From positions 15,006,001 through 15,070,000 of the forward strand of contig CM052818.1 of the NCBI GenBank assembly GCA_028534125.1: a stretch of DNA of 64,000 nt. Direction: 5' to 3'. The position numbers and the translations under genes are program-made. The notes beneath the pieces were generated by a model. It worked only from the letters and a program-made list of their open reading frames with translations. It did no database searches and had not been told where the DNA came from. This stretch comes from Lama glama. Lineage: Eukaryota. The stretch's first letter is position 1. Every line of letters begins with the position of its first letter. Below, one piece after another: positions 63,791 through 64,000 of the stretch.

Positions 63791-64000
63791 AGGAGAGTTG
63801 GTTTATGATAGAATAGGGGTTCCTGAGCACTTTATGGAAAGGTTTCGGTGTGAGTTAAAGTTTACTTTATCATCCTAAGCTTGATTTTCTCCTGTTAACC
63901 TCAGACCACTGTGTTACAGTTCCCTAAACAAGTTAGGGAAATGAAGAATGTATTTTTATTTCTGAGAGATTTGGAAACCATGATTCATTTTTTTCATTTG

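Overview
AT-rich mammalian genomic DNA, most likely a camelid, judged from five tRNA-derived SINEs of the Vic-1 type. It holds two protein-coding genes. CHAC2 (glutathione-specific gamma-glutamylcyclotransferase 2) is complete on the minus strand: 3 coding exons, 189 aa, with a CpG-rich promoter at about 11.1-11.9 kb. ASB3 (ankyrin repeat and SOCS box 3) is on the plus strand with eight consecutive in-frame coding exons (15859-58417); its non-coding first exon and its SOCS-box last exon fall outside the window. By human synteny, CHAC2 sits antisense inside ASB3 intron 1. The rest is intronic sequence full of L1, SINE, L2/MIR and DNA-transposon relics, and most entries in the ORF track are spurious. 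I found no evidence of a wholly new biological system, CRISPR array or RNA gene. The best leads are: a candidate L1-derived cassette exon that would be in frame with ASB3 exon 3, a SINE/L1 chimera, a polyadenylated retrocopy with target-site duplications (TSDs), two internally deleted L1s, a possible bidirectional CHAC2 promoter, and lineage-specific coding differences. Comparisons with human orthologues and repeat consensus sequences are from memory and need database confirmation. Boundaries of old repeats are approximate.
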